64,000 nucleotides of DNA from Chiloscyllium plagiosum (GCF_004010195.1 NC_057719.1:31732883-31796882), one strand, 5' to 3'. Shown: positions 39,847-53,576, numbered from the stretch's first letter. Program-made: numbers and translations. The notes: generated by a model from the sequence alone, not told the origin.

Positions 39847-40164
39847 AAAACATACCTTCTGTTAATTCTTGCTGTTATTCTTTATTAACGCAAATGTATA
39901 ATGTACAATAATGATTGGTAATCGATACAAGGGGTTCTTTGTTGAAAAGCAGGACAATTCCAGGAAAACTCTTCATTCATGTGTCACCTGCTGATCAATA
40001 CAGTTACAACTATTATCATATATGTTAACTTCCATCACTTTCTGCGATGATATAGTATAAATCGTTTACATATTTAACACATGCAAAATTATATGCACCT
40101 TAATGCAATATCACAGTAATGATCAAGTTGCTATTATTACAGTCTACTATGCACTAACTGACTT

Positions 40165-40280
40165 TTGCACTTCTTACGTTGCAATAATAATTAGACTTTG
40201 ATAGGTACTTCATTGTCAGTAAAATGTTTTAGGATGTTGAGTGGTCATGAAAGGTGCTATACAAATGCAAGATTTTTTAT
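40165..40280 (+). mobile_element. Deu-SINE 3' tail
   Basis: gtacttcattgtcagtaaaatgttttaggatg...tgaaaggtgctatacaaatgcaag. Confidence 0.6.
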
Positions 40281-41635
40281 GATTTTAGCTGTAGGAAGCA
40301 TTATTGTGATTAGAGAAAAGACAATAAAAAAGTGAGCAAAGAAACGCAAGGTATTTTATACATAAAACCTCCTTTATCCCATCGAGCTTGATTATAATAT
40401 AAACTGCACTCTGCTTTACCCATAATGTAACTATATTATTCTATTTCTTTTCATGCTGCATGACCTTTATCTTCTTCTAAGTGATACCAGGCAGGTTAAA
40501 TTTCAGGTGGGAAAATTGATCATATTTGATTAGCTTGGGTGAAAGATCAGGAAGTGGAATAAGTTTGCCAAAAGCCCAATGGGTTTTGAGATTAGGCTTG
40601 TGACATGAATAGTATTATAACAATTTGATACCGTATGAATAATACTGTCATTTTAGTTAAGAGTTGTGCAATCTTCTGAGATTATATGAATTTGCATAAT
40701 GATTTCAGTTGCATTGTGCTGACTTCTGTGGTTGTATGAGCCTATGGAGCACCTGTCAGAAACTGATCAAAATTCTGTGGCAGATATGATGAAGAGAAAA
40801 GAAAATTGAATGATTAATCTATTAATATAGCCTGAGTAAAAAATTACAGTATTAATGTTCAATCACATAATAATTTCCTTAATGTAATAGGAAATTAAGG
40901 ATCCAAAGACAGTAATCAATTTAAAATTTCTCGCAACTGTTTTTAAATGTGGTATTTTGATGTTTGCACTTTTCACTTACTGTTCTAATTCAAACATAAT
41001 CATTTTTATTTCAAAATCGACATTACCATGTTAAAAAGGACCACAAAATAAGTCACGTCATAAGACAATTTTCCATACTTCTGCTGGCCTGGAATGCAGG
41101 CAGTTAGAATGTTAAATTAAATGACTTCAGTTTGTAATTACTTTACAGTAGATTTTTGGAATAGTTTAAAGAAGCTGGGAGAAAAATCCATATCTTGAGA
41201 ATTGAAATTGGGTTAGATATCCGGCATGAAAATAACTGCTGTGTATATAAGTGGGATGTTGAGTCCAATTCCTGTCCGGGAAATCTAGATTTGTTAAAGG
41301 TTGAAGAGAAAGACCAGTTCCATATGGAGCTTGATACTGCTATGAGTAGGATCCCTAAGTCAGAACACCTTTATACACTCAATTCTGCCTTTTCCCAACT
41401 AAACTCATTAATTAGCTGTTTGCAATTTCATTACTTTTACTTCTGGTTAACAGTATTCATGCGGAATCTTAATCTCTGCCTTTTGAAAGTCCATATAAGC
41501 TACATGCATTGATAACCTGCTGTCTACCTCTTTTACCTCTTCACAAAATTTAATTAGACTGATCAGACATGACAAATCCTTTACAACTTCGTGTTAGCTC
41601 TCTTTTCTCAGCTTAAAGTTCACTAAAACTGTCAT

Positions 41636-44460
41636 TAGAATATAGAACATAGAAAAGTACAGCACAGAACAGGCCCTTTGGCTCACGATGTTGTGCCGAG
41701 ATTTATTTCCTAATGTAAAATATAGTAACTTAACCTACGCACCCGTCAACTCACTGCTATCCATGTGCATGTTATTCCTCTCATTATTTTGTACACCTCG
41801 ATCAGGTCTCCTCTCTTCCTCCTTCTCTCCAGAGAGAAAAGTCCAAGCTTATTCAACCTTTCTTCATACGGCAAGCCATCCAGTCCAGGCAGCATCCCTG
41901 GTAAACCTTCTTTGCACCCTTTCCAAAGCCTCTGTATCTTTTCTATAGTAGGGTGACAAGAACTGGACACAATATTCCAAGTGTGGTCTCACCAGGGACT
42001 TGTAGAGCTGCAGCAAAACCTCACGGCTATTAAACTTGATACCCCTGTTAATGAAAGCCAAAAGACCATATGCTTTCTTAACAACCTCATCCACTTGGGT
42101 GGCAACTTTGAGGGATCTATGTACTTGCACACCCAGATCCCTTTGTTCCTCCACACTGCCAAGAATCCTGTCCTTAATCCTATATTCAGCATTTGGGTTC
42201 AACCTTCCAAAATGCATCACTTCGCATTTATCCAGTTTGAACTCCATCTGCCATTTCTCAGTCCAGCTCTGCATCCTGTCGATATCGCGCTGCAGCCTGC
42301 AGTAGCCTTCTATACTATCAATGACACCTCCAACCTTTGAGTCATCTGAAAATTGATTAACACACCCCTCAACCTCCTCATCCAAGTCATTTATAAAAAC
42401 TACAAAGAGCAGAGGCCCAAGAATGGAGTCCTGCAGGACCCCACTCAACACTGTCCTCCAGGCAGAATACTTCCCATCTACAACCAGAATTGGCCTTCTG
42501 TCAGCCAGCCAATTCTGAATCCAGATAGCCAAATCTCCCTGTATCCCATATTTCCTGACTTTATGAATGAGCCTATCTTGGGGAACCCCATCAAATGCCT
42601 TGCTAAAGTCCATATACACCACATCCACTGCTCAACTGTCGTCAACCTGTCTTGACACCTCCTCAAAGAACTCAATAAGATTTGTGAGGCATGACCTGCC
42701 CCTCACAAAGCTATGCTGACTGCCTTTAGTCACACTATGGTCTGCCAAATAGTCATAAATCCTATCCCTCAGAATTCTTTCAAAAACTTTGCTGACTACA
42801 GACGTAAGAACTGACTGGTCCGAAATTGCCAAGGATTTCCCTATTACCCTTCCTGAAAAGAGGAACAACATTCGCCTCCTTCCAATCCTCCGGTACAACT
42901 CCTGTGGAGAGTGAGGAGCACAAGTTCCCTCCGCTATCCCTGATCGGCTCTATCTTCTCCCTGATCATTCTCTTATTCCTTACGTATGAGTAAAGTGCTT
43001 TGGGTTCTCCCTTATCCTTCTTGCCAAGCCTTTTTCGTGCCCCCTCCCGGCTCTCCTCAGTCCATTTCTGAGCTCCTTTCTAGCAAGCCTGTATTCCTTT
43101 AAAGCTGTGCTAGATCCTTGCTTCCTCCACCTTATGTTAGCTGCCTTCTTCCTTTCGATGAGAGGTTCCTCTGTTCTAGACTTCCAAGGTTCCTAATCTT
43201 ACCACTTCTTACCTGCCTCAGAGGAACAAATTTGTGCATTACTCACAACAACTGCTCCTTAAATAATCTCCCCAGTGCCCTGTGGAACAATTGCTCCAAG
43301 TCTATACTTCCCAACTCCTGTCTAATAGCGTCATAATTTCCTATTCCCCAATTAAATATCTTCCCTCAGTAACTGCTCCTTTCACTATCCAAGGCTATGG
43401 TAAATGTGAGGCAGTTGTGGTCACTGTCACCAAAGTGCTCTCCCACCACGAGATCTGACACCTGTCCTGGCTCATTGCCGAGCACTAAATCCAAAATGGC
43501 CTGTCCCCTCGTCAGCCTGTCTACATACAGAGAAAGGAAACCCTCCTGAACACACCTGACAAAAACGGCTCCATCCAAACCATCTGCATTTAGGAGGTTC
43601 CAGTCGATATCGGGAAAGTTGAAATCACCCACAACAACAACCCTGCTACTTATGCATTTTTCCAGAATCTGCTCGCCTATGAGATCTTCAATCTCTCTAC
43701 TGCTATTAGGTGGTCTGTAGAAAACTCCCAATGTGGTGGCTGTTCCCTTGCTGTTCCTAACTTCCACTCATTCTGACTCAGTAGAAAACCTTCCTCAACA
43801 ACCTTTGTTTCTGTAGCTGTGATGCACTCTCTGATTAGCAATGCTACACCCCCTCCTATTTTTCCACCCTCCCTGTTCTTTGTAAACGTTCTAAACCCTG
43901 GAACATCAAGCAACCATTCCTGCCCCAGTGAAACCCATGTCTCCGTTATGGCCACAACATCGTAGCCCCAAGTACTGATCCACGCACTCAGTTCGTCACT
44001 CTTATTTCAGACACTCCTTGCATTAAAGCAGACACACTTTAACCAATCCCTTTGTTTCATCGCATGAGAAACCTTCCTGATAGATTCAATATATCCTGTC
44101 ACTGTCCCGTCTGCAACTGACCCCCTCTCAGACATGTGGCTCTGATTCCTACACCCCTGTCAAACTAGTTTAAATCCTCCTGAATCACACGAGCAAATCT
44201 CCACTCAGGACATTTGTGCCCCTCCAGTTCAGGTGCAACCCATCCTTCATGTACAGGTCCCACCTTCCCCAGAAGGTATCCCAATAGTCTAGGTATCTGA
44301 AGCCCTCCCTCCTGCACCAGCCTCACAGCCACGTGTTAAGCTGCATTCGCTGACTGTTCCTCATCTCACTATCTCGTGGTACCGGTAGCAAACCTGAGAT
44401 CACTACTCATCCTGCTCCTCAGCTTCCAACCTAACTCTCTGTAGTTACATTTCAGATCCT
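41636..44460 (-). mobile_element. CR1 LINE with partial ORF1 and internally deleted ORF2
   Basis: APE (AITETW, YRPPN, VVGDFN, SDHN), RT 254-aa ORF, tail tagaacatagaa; deletion junction GNLC|SSLSTG near 42920. Confidence 0.95.
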
Positions 44461-44745
44461 ATTATCGTACTATTTCAAGAATTTCCCAATAACAGATCTT
44501 GAAATGGAAAATTTAATGTTTTCCTGTCTCTTCCTAAATATTGAAGTTTGAAAATTTCCATTGTACAGGAACATTTTCGAATGAAGATCACTTTGGAACA
44601 TTATGACTAAAGCAAATTCAATTTCATAATCTTTGAAATTAGTTAAAGCCAGGAAGTGTAATCTATCACAGACTGAAATACTCTGTAGGTTTGTCAGATC
44701 CAGAACCATTATTGTTTTCATTCTAGTTACTTGCTTACATTAACT

Positions 44746-45463
44746 TGTTACGACACCATGGTGAACCCTTCAGTTCATTAAACCAAACACCCAGAAAAGC
44801 TCACTTTGCCTTGTGATCTGTTAAAATATGAGTGACAGAGAACTCCCAAATTCCACTATTTAAAGAAAATAATATCAATTTATTCTTTAACTCGAAAAGT
44901 GAATATTAAACAACTATTCACAAATCTAAGCCCCCCTTTCTTTTAACTGCTTATTACCTGCCTCCAACTCTATAACAATATACTATTTCAATGAAACAAT
45001 TATTAAAATGACATCAACTTTAATTTCAAGATCATACAGTGGCTGCTGTCTTTGGTGTCTGTCTTCACTCAGCTGAAGATCTCTTTGGGTGGTCTTCTTT
45101 CATCTACTGCAAATATGTTTCGTGCGAAAAGGTCCCTTTGATAGAGTGTGTTTCAAATGGCAGTTGCTCTGTCTGACTTTCAAAATGCCTGTTTTTTTTA
45201 AATACCCCCAACATCAGATCGTCTCATTGGTTCTTGTTGACAAAACAATAAATTTAAACTTGATTGGTTTTAGTCAGCAATTTAAACTGATTGGTTAACT
45301 TCGAATTGTTGTCAAAACAGCAACCAAATCAGATATCCATTGTTGCAAATTTTCAATTTTCCAGTACACGAGCTAGTCATATGACAGGTGCTTGTAAGTT
45401 CTCAGTGCAAAGCAGCATTCACACTCTCTTAAAGGTAGAATAGACACCTTCAACTTCCTAACA
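44746..45463. mobile_element. Probable solo LTR (Gypsy-like)
   Basis: TGTTA...TAACA termini, 718 bp, 4-bp flanks aact / aacc. Confidence 0.6.
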
Positions 45464-45500
45464 AACCCCCAGGTGTTTTAGGTCTTGAATTATTATTAGT

Positions 45501-45810
45501 TTTAGATTAGCTTAGATTACTTACAGTGTGGAAACAGGCCCTTCGGCCCAACAAGTCCACACCGACCTGCCGAAGCGCAACCCACCCATACCCCTACATT
45601 TACCCCTTACCTAACACTATGGGCAATTTAGCATGGCCAATTCACCTGACCTGCACATCTTTGGACTGTGGGAGGAAACCGGAGCACCCGGAGGAAACCC
45701 ACGCAGACACGGGGAGAACGTGCAAACTCCACACAGTCAGTCACCTGAGGCGGGAATTGAACACGGGTCTCTGGCGCTGTGAGGCAGCAGTGCTAAGCAC
45801 TGTGCCGCCC
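45501..45810 (-). mobile_element. HE1-type V-SINE (young)
   Basis: Near-identical to 63228-63533 and to the reverse complement of 49718-50020. Confidence 0.95.
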
Positions 45811-46554
45811 TTGTTTATTGACAAGGTGTGAGAGTCATGGAGGTGGAACATGAGTGGCGGAATGAAAGGCTGGCTCTCAGGTGTTGAGGGAACAAGAGAT
45901 CCTGAATGTTAGGGCTTGTGGAGGTTCTTTGATGTTCTGGGTGGGAAGGTTCAGAGAAAATTGGTTTCTGGATACTGGAGATGTGAAAGTGAACACTGGC
46001 TGTTTAGTTCTGAGGCCCTGGATATTGAAGTTGTGTTCAGGATTCCTGGATATTTGTGAGGTCGGGGATAGGGCAGGGGATATTTTGACTCCTGGATAAA
46101 GTGCAGCTTGGGCTCACTGGCTTCTGAATGTTTCAGATGTTGAATGTGGTGATGGTATTGAAGACTCCCGGCATTTGGCAATGTTTACTCTCTCAGTTCT
46201 CTCCAGTTTAGTTCTATCTAGTTCTCAAAGACCACCTCCAACCAGTTTTGTTCGCCTCATCTGTCTGCTAGTTGTTAATTGGCTGGCTAATGAGAAATCA
46301 CATGTGAGTGCAAGTCAGAGCAGGACAACCTTTGCTATCCTTTAGAGTGACAAAATAAAACACTTAGAAATTGATTTCTGGTCTCTGCCATTTATGCTTA
46401 ACTGATTATTACAGTGGCACAACATATATTTGGATTCTTCAATGGACTGTTAGTTACGGGTCTTCGATAGAGCAAGAATGAACTCAATGACTGATTTTAA
46501 AGTCATAAGATGCAGAGCAACAACTCACTGAGACACCTGTTGAAGGTACTATCA

Positions 46555-46807
46555 AATACATATCCTCTACCATCTAGAAGGAGAAGGGAAGAAGTTACAT
46601 AGAAACACCACCAACTGCATGGTAACCTTCAAGCCACTCAGTATCCAGATCTGGCATAGTAGCTGGATCAAAATTCACTGAACGCCTTCCTAACAGGACC
46701 ACAGATGTACCTACACAACATAGACTGCAAAGGTTCAGGAAGGCAGCTCACTACTACGATAAATGATGGCCTGGTCAACAGCCCCCACGTACCATGAATG
46801 AGTAAAT
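46555..46807 (+). mobile_element. L2/CR1-group LINE 3' end
   Basis: ccatctagaagg...gctggatcaaaa...gactgcaaaggttcaggaaggcagctcac...ataaatgatggcct...ccatgaatgagtaaa. Confidence 0.6.
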
Positions 46808-47699
46808 ATAGAAATAATAGCAAATTAGACATGAAATATGCTCTCTGTTGTAAGTAAGAAGATACATACCTATCAAAATGAGGTGGCTTATTTTAAAAAG
46901 AAAGGACAATTTCTAAGTTGCAATATGAGGAGGAAGAAAATTATTAATAAAGTATATAGTCCGGAAGGATAGCTCCTGACAACAAGAACCTTCTGTGAAT
47001 TTATGGTTCAAGCCTGCTGTGATAAAAGACAGCTTTCAGCTCTCACATAACACAGGCTTGAAACTTAAATCTAGCTCTGAGTGTACCCCATAGTGAGCTG
47101 ATGTGTTCCACTGTAATTGCTTTTCAATGAATTGGTCACCTGAAAGTAAAAGCTTCAGTGTAATGTTGCCCTTTGTGTGTTCATTTAAAAAAATAGTAGA
47201 TTTGAGCAGAAAACAGTGGATGAAAGCTGCAATGGAATTCTCATTCATTATTTTAAATACACTATTTTTTCCCTCTGTTCCTAAATATGTGAAAGGAATG
47301 GAAGAATATCTTGGGGGAAAAAAGTCTTGCTTCCGGGCTCTGGATCTTGTTACAAGACTCTTGAAACAAAAGCTATGCTCTTAGCCAATGGTAAAGCCAT
47401 GGTATGAACTATAACACAAGAAGGAAATTCTAAATCCAAACAGAATTGCCACCTGAATGGAAAAAAGTTCTAGAGCTGCAGCAGAGGCTGTTGATGATAT
47501 TTGTTTGAGTTTATATGGAAGAAGTTTCCCTCATCTCACCCATGAATTCCTTTCAAAAATATAAATGGACTGGAAGGTAATGAAATTATGCAATAACAGA
47601 AAATGCCATGAACCGAATAGACAATAAAATGCAGACAACAGATGTAGTAATGGAACCAGAGAAAAGGCAAGTGGCTATAAATACACTTCAACCACAGCT

Positions 47700-48025
47700 T
47701 AGAGGTTGCATGCTTGCCTTTGAATTACTCATGTGTTCAAGTCTCACTCCTGAGACTTGAGTGCATGATTTACAATGTCACTCTCTCTAATGGAGTGTTC
47801 CCCTTTGGAAGGTACTTTTTTTCTGATGGAATGTTGTACTGAAACTCTTTCAGGTGGATGTAAAATATCCCATTTTGGCATTGGAAAGAGGAGGAGCCCT
47901 CCTAATTCTCTTAACAATATTTATCCCTCAATCAATGTTGTTAAAACAGATAATCTGTTGACTGCTCTATGTAGGATCTTGCTCTGTGAAAGTTGGAGCC
48001 TTGGTCAGATCGCTGTCCCTTTATT
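47700..48025 (+). mobile_element. Degenerate Deu-domain SINE
   Basis: gttcaagtctcactcctgagacttgag, tcaggtggatgtaaaatatccca, caatatttatccctcaa. Confidence 0.6.
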
Positions 48026-48338
48026 TTAAATGTATAGGTCTTTGCAGAGGCGGAAGCGGAAGGTTATTGCATATTCCCCGGCAGAGGCCTCACCTTCATT
48101 CCCCTACGCTCTCAGATTAACGAGTTCAACACGCGGCGAGAGATTGAACAATTCTTCCGCCACCTTCGCCTCCGTGCCTACTTCTTCAATCAGGATTCTC
48201 GCCCACCCTCTGACGACCCCTTCTCTCGCCTCCAACACACCCCATCCGCCTGGACACCCCATGCTGGCCTCTTACCCGCCCTCGATCTCTTCATAGCCAA
48301 CTGCTGCCACGACATTCTCCTCCTCAACGTCTGCTGCC

Positions 48339-48860
48339 NNNNNNNNNNNNNNNNNNNNNNNNNNNNNNNNNNNNNNNNNNNNNNNNNNNNNNNNNNNNNN
48401 NNNNNNNNNNNNNNNNNNNNNNNNNNNNNNNNNNNNNNNNNNNNNNNNNNNNNNNNNNNNNNNNNNNNNNNNNNNNNNNNNNNNNNNNNNNNNNNNNNNN
48501 NNNNNNNNNNNNNNNNNNNNNNNNNNNNNNNNNNNNNNNNNNNNNNNNNNNNNNNNNNNNNNNNNNNNNNNNNNNNNNNNNNNNNNNNNNNNNNNNNNNN
48601 NNNNNNNNNNNNNNNNNNNNNNNNNNNNNNNNNNNNNNNNNNNNNNNNNNNNNNNNNNNNNNNNNNNNNNNNNNNNNNNNNNNNNNNNNNNNNNNNNNNN
48701 NNNNNNNNNNNNNNNNNNNNNNNNNNNNNNNNNNNNNNNNNNNNNNNNNNNNNNNNNNNNNNNNNNNNNNNNNNNNNNNNNNNNNNNNNNNNNNNNNNNN
48801 NNNNNNNNNNNNNNNNNNNNNNNNNNNNNNNNNNNNNNNNNNNNNNNNNNNNNNNNNNNN
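48339..48860. other. Assembly gap
   Basis: N run. Confidence 1.
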
Positions 48861-49048
48861 CACCACCTTCCTAACGTGCAATCTTCTTCCTGACCTCTCC
48901 GTCCCCACCCCCACCCCCACTCCAGCCTATCACCCTCACCTTATCACCCTCACCTTAACCTCCTTCCACCTATCGCAATTCCAACGCCCCTCCCCCAAGT
49001 CCCTCCTCCCTACCTTTTATCTTAGCCTGCTTGGCACACTCTCCTCAT

Positions 49049-49080
49049 TCCTGAAGAAGGGCTCATGCCCGAAACGTCGA
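49049..49080 (+). ncRNA. Minimal hammerhead ribozyme motif, intact core
   Basis: tc-CTGAAGA-a-GGGC tcat GCCC-GAAA-CG-TC-ga; palindromic ACGU; short stem I. Confidence 0.7.
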
Positions 49081-49219
49081 TTCTCCTGCTCCTTGGATGC
49101 TGCCTGACCTGCTGCGCTTTTCCAGCAACACATTTTCAGCTCTGATCTCCAGCATCTGCAGTCCTAACTTTCTCCTGTTACCCTGCAGGAAAAGATACAG
49201 GACTGATGAGATGATATGA

Positions 49220-49548
49220 GGGTGGGATGGTGACTCAGTGGTTAGCATTGCTGCTTTGCAGTGCCAGGGACCCAGGTTCAATTCCAGCAACTGTCTGTAT
49301 GGAGATTGCACAGTCTTTCTCAATCTGCAAGTGTTCCTTGGGTGCTCTGGTTTCCTTCCCAAAGATGTGCAGGTTCGGTGGATTGGCTGTGCTAAATTGC
49401 TCATTGTGTCCAGGCTAGGCAGAATGACCATGTGAAATGCAGAGTTACAGGGATGGGATAGGGTGGTAGGTCTGGATAGGATGCTGTTTGAAGGGTTGGT
49501 GTGACTCAATGGGCTGAGTGGCCTGCTTCCACACTGCAGGGATTCTAT
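49220..49548 (+). mobile_element. HE1-type V-SINE (older)
   Basis: ggtgactcagtggttagc..., ggttcaattcc, V-core, ccacactgcagggattctat tail. Confidence 0.85.
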
Positions 49549-49717
49549 ATCAGCTTCTGTTTGCTTTACCCACCCTGTGCAAAATTTTCCTGAAAGGTCT
49601 TGTCAGAACTGAGTCCACAATGCCTGGTTTCTAATGTCAATTAATTTCACATCAATCTATTGCCATTAGGAAATTGGCATCTGTGACATGCAGTATCACT
49701 TCAACAGAAATGAAATG

Positions 49718-50054
49718 TGGGTGGCACGGTGGCACAGTGGTTAGCACTGCTGCCTCACAGCGCCAGAGATCTGGGTTCAATTCCCGCCTCAGGCGACTGA
49801 CTGTGTGGAGTTTGCACGTTCTCCCCGTGTCTGCGTGGGTTTCCTCCGGGTGCTCCAGTTTCCTCCCACAGTCCAAAGATGTGCAGGTCAGGTGAATTGG
49901 CCATGCTAAATTGCCCGGAGTGTTAGATAAGGGGTAAATGTAGCGGTATGGGTGGGTTGCGCTTCGGCAGGTCGGTGTGGACTTGTTGGGCCGAAGAGCC
50001 TGTTTCCACACTGTAATGTAATCTAAAAAAAAACTAATGTAATCTAAAAAAAAA
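49718..50054 (+). mobile_element. HE1-type V-SINE (young) with duplicated tail
   Basis: CpG-rich consensus-like copy; taatgtaatctaaaaaaaa occurs twice. Confidence 0.95.
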
Positions 50055-50534
50055 ATCCTTGCCCAGAATAAGTTCTTCTCAGGAGCAACATTGTCCTGTT
50101 CCCTGGTGCCTTGCATGGCGGATGTACTGATCAATAGAAATGGATGTGCTAATTGCTTTCATGCATGTGCGCCAAATCTCAGAAACTGGGCCAAATGCAG
50201 GCCTAGATTGTGGCTTTAGGAGTTTCAGGATAATTAAGGTGTTTTTTTAAATCACTGGCATTTTAGTCTCTTTTACTTACTACTGCACACAGTTTTACTA
50301 GAAGTATTTCACTCTCAAATGAAACATGGCTTCCACTGAATGCAGCCTTCCCCTTTCAGTGATTTGATGTGTTAAAGAAACTACAACTGGAAATAAAATC
50401 AGAATAGTGTCAGATATTTGAATTTACTTTCGTTGTCGTTGTATCAGAATTTTACATCATTAAAGCCAATCCAAGTACAATTTAGGATTAATTAGCCTTG
50501 ATAATTGTAACAGTTGTTAAGACTGGATGAGGAG

Positions 50535-50869
50535 AGCTCATCCAGTGGTTCGCACTGCTGCCTCACAGAGCCAGGGACCCAGATTCGTTTCCAGCCTTGG
50601 GTGACTGTCTGTGTGGAGTTTGCACATTCTTTCCTTGTCAGCATGGGTTTCCTTTGGATGCTCCTGCTTGCTCTCACACTCCAAAGATGTGCAGGTTAGC
50701 TGGATTGGCCATGCTAAATTGCCCATAGTGTCCGGGGATGTGCAGGCTTGGTGGATTAGCCATGGGAAATGTAAGGCAGAGGAGTGGGTCTGTGTGGGAT
50801 TGCTTTTTGGAGGGTTGGCGTGGACTCGATGGGCTGAATGTTTCTACACTGTAGGGATTCTATGATTCT
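50535..50869 (+). mobile_element. HE1-type V-SINE (older)
   Basis: gcactgctgcctcacag, tgtgtggagtttgcaca, ttctatgattct tail. Confidence 0.85.
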
Positions 50870-51287
50870 AAGAAGAATAGGTAGTTTCAAAATTCCTCAA
50901 AGCCCTTGAGGGGGTAGGTTTTAATCTGAATCTATGAGAATTTAATTGCTGACTTGTAGCTTTAGCAGTGGAGAAATTTGTAGATACCCTTGAGTACTTT
51001 GTGAATGGTTATTTCTCCAATTTGCTTTATCACCGGATGCCCTTTCCAAGAGGCTAAGAGAAACTGTTTGAGAGAGGGGGAGCATCAGCAATTAATAAAT
51101 GTAAATTATCAATCTCTGTCTTGAATTTACAATTGAAGCAAGACTAGTTGCTTCTGTACTCAAAGCCTCTTGCAATAAAAATCTAATATACCAGTTGCCT
51201 TCCAAATAATTTGTTCCTAGCTTTCACTGGCTCATGAACAATGACACCTAGGACCCTTGGATGTCTACATTTTCGAATCTCTCTCCG

Positions 51288-51490
51288 TTTGAACTGCCAG
51301 AGGAAGTGGAAGAGGCAATTAATATTACAATATTTAAAAGACATTTGGGTAGATACATGAACAGGAAAGATTTAGAAGGATATGGGCCAAATGCAGGCAA
51401 GTGGGACCAGTTCAATTTAAGAAACCTGGTTGGCATGGATGGGTTGGGCTGAAGGGTCTGTTTCCGTGCTGTATGACTTTATGGCTCTAT
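51288..51490 (+). mobile_element. CR1 3' end
   Basis: ELPEEVEEA..FKRHLGRYMNRK, gaagggtctgtttccgtgctgtatgac tail. Confidence 0.85.
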
Positions 51491-51705
51491 ATTAAGAAAT
51501 ACTCCTCACCTTACTAGCTCCACCTGAAGTGGCTAACCTCACATTTAACCACATTATATTCCATCTGCCATGTTCTTGCTCACTCACCCAGTCTGTCTAA
51601 ATCCCCTTGAAACCTCTTTGCACCCCCTGTCTCAATTCAAATTCCCACTAAGTTTGTATCATTGCCCTTGAAAATATTACAGTTGCCTCCTGGATCCTAA
51701 TCATT

Positions 51706-53500
51706 GACACCTTCCTGGTGCCAGGGTTAAGGATGTCACAGACAGCAGAAGATCATTCTTCTTGGGGAGGGTGAACCAGCAGAGATCATGGTCCATGTTC
51801 ATTCTAATGACTTGAATTTGAAGGGAGATGAGGTCCTGAAAGCAGATTTCAGGGAGTGATGAAGGAGATTGAAAAGCAGGATCTCTGAATCTAATATCTC
51901 AGGACTACTCCCATTCCCACGTATGAGTGAGCAAAGGAAAAGGAGAATTGAACAATTGAACATCTGGTTGGAAAACTGGTATAGGAGGTCCATAGCTCCT
52001 TGAAAGTGGAGTCAGAGGTAGATAGGATAGTGAAGAAGGTGTTTGGTATGCTTTCCTTTATTGATCAGAGTATTGAGTACAGGAGTTGGGAGGTCATGTT
52101 GCAGCTGTACAGGACGTGGTGAGGCCACTTTTAGAATATTGCATGCAATTCCGGTCTCCTTCCTATTAGAAGGACATTGTGAAATTTGAAAGGGTTCAGA
52201 AAAGATTTACAAGCATGTTGCCAGAGTTGGAGGATTTGAGCTACTGTGAGAGGTTGAATAGGCTGGGGCTGTTTTCGCTGGAGCAGCGGAAGCTGAGGGG
52301 TGATTTTATGGAGGTTTATAAAATTATGAGGGGCATGGATAGGGTAAATAGGCAAAGTCTTTTCCCTAGGGTGGGAGAATCCAGACCGAATGGGCATAAG
52401 TTCAGGGTGAGAGGGGAAAGGTCTGGAAGAGACCCAAGAGGCAACTTTTTCACACAGTGGGTGTACGTGTATGGAATGAGCTGCCAGAGGAAGTGGTGGA
52501 GGCTGGTACAATTGCAACATTTAAAAGGCATCTGGATGGGTTTATGAATAGGAAGGGTTTGGAGGGATATGGTCCAGGTGCGAAGGGCTTGTTTCTGTGC
52601 TGTACATTTCTATGACTCTATAAGGCAACAGATTTCTGAGGCAATAGGGCTGGTTCTGGAGCAGGTGGGATCTAAACAGGATGAACAGATTTCATCTTGG
52701 CAGGACCAGGATGAACATCCTCATAGGGATATCTACTAATGCTGTTGAGGAGCTGTTTGCTAGAGAATGGGACCCCAAGTGGGGCCTCAGATTTAAGGGA
52801 AGCAAAACTAGTAAAAAAAAGTGGAGGAGTAATAAGCAAAAAAAATGGCCAATGAAATATGAAATGGCAAAAAGGGTTTAAAAGTCTGAACAAAAAGCAC
52901 TTTTTCTGAACGTACTTAACATTCACATAAGGGTTGATGATTTAAACACACAAGTTGAGGTAAATGATATGATTTAAATTCCATTATTGAGACATGCTGC
53001 AGGGCAACCAAGATCGAGAACGGTATATCAAAAAATATTCAACCCTTAGGAGGGATCGATAAAAATGAAAAGGAGGTGAGTAGTACTCCTAAGAATGATT
53101 GACATTTGTGCTTTAGTAAGAGACGATTTTTGATTAAAGAATCAATATACAGAGTCAGTTTGCGTGGAACTAAGAAATGGCAAAGGGTGGCAAACATTGA
53201 TGGGAGTTACATATAGAACACCAAATTGTGGTGTTAATGCTTCACACAGAGAAATTCATGAAATTAGAGATTAATGTAATGTGGGCCATACTTCAATTTG
53301 CATATTGTCTGGGTTAACCAAATCAGCATTAATACTGTGGAGGATGAATTTCTGGAGTTTGTATAATGTGGGTTTCTGGAACAATTGAGGCTTCAAGGAG
53401 ATTGGGTGAGTGGGCAAGAACATGATAGATATAATATAATGCAAATAAATATGAGGTTAGCCACTTTGGTCAGAGCTACTAAGGTGCAGAGTATTTCTTA
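51706..53500 (+). mobile_element. Old CR1 (ORF1 esterase + APE remnants) interrupted by a younger CR1 3' end
   Basis: cttcctggtgccagggttaaggatgtc (FPGARVKDV-like), atctcaggactactcccattccca, ccattattgagacatg, tgcgtggaactaagaaat. Confidence 0.65.
51990..52621 (+). mobile_element. CR1 3' fragment
   Basis: FERVQKRFTSMLPELEDLSY..LNRLGLFSLE; tctatgactcta tail. Confidence 0.9.
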
Positions 53501-53576
53501 ATATACACCCACAGAGTCATACAGCATATAAACAGACCCTTCAGTCCAAATAAAGAATAGGCCATTTTGGATTAGG

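Larger units (their letters stand above)
48030..49177 (+). mobile_element. Penelope-like element, family A, spanning an assembly gap
   Basis: FRHLRLRAYFF..WTP..LDLFIANC N-terminal PLE-like peptide before the gap; complete pLTR end (ctccagcatctgcagtcctaactttctcc) after it. Confidence 0.75.

Noticed and set aside
45526..45831. Recurrent MWKQALRPNKST ORF (also 63240 and within 49652-50134)
   Set aside because: Antisense reading of the HE1 SINE, not a gene family.
47085..47139. Minus-strand acceptor cttttactttcag with open frame GDQFIEKQLQW
   Set aside because: Weak donor and no recognisable protein similarity.
48324..48920. 198-aa ORF (and ORFs over 57085-57346)
   Set aside because: Length comes from N runs.
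49718..49795. tRNA gene
   Set aside because: A/B-box head of a SINE that continues into the V-core and LINE tail.
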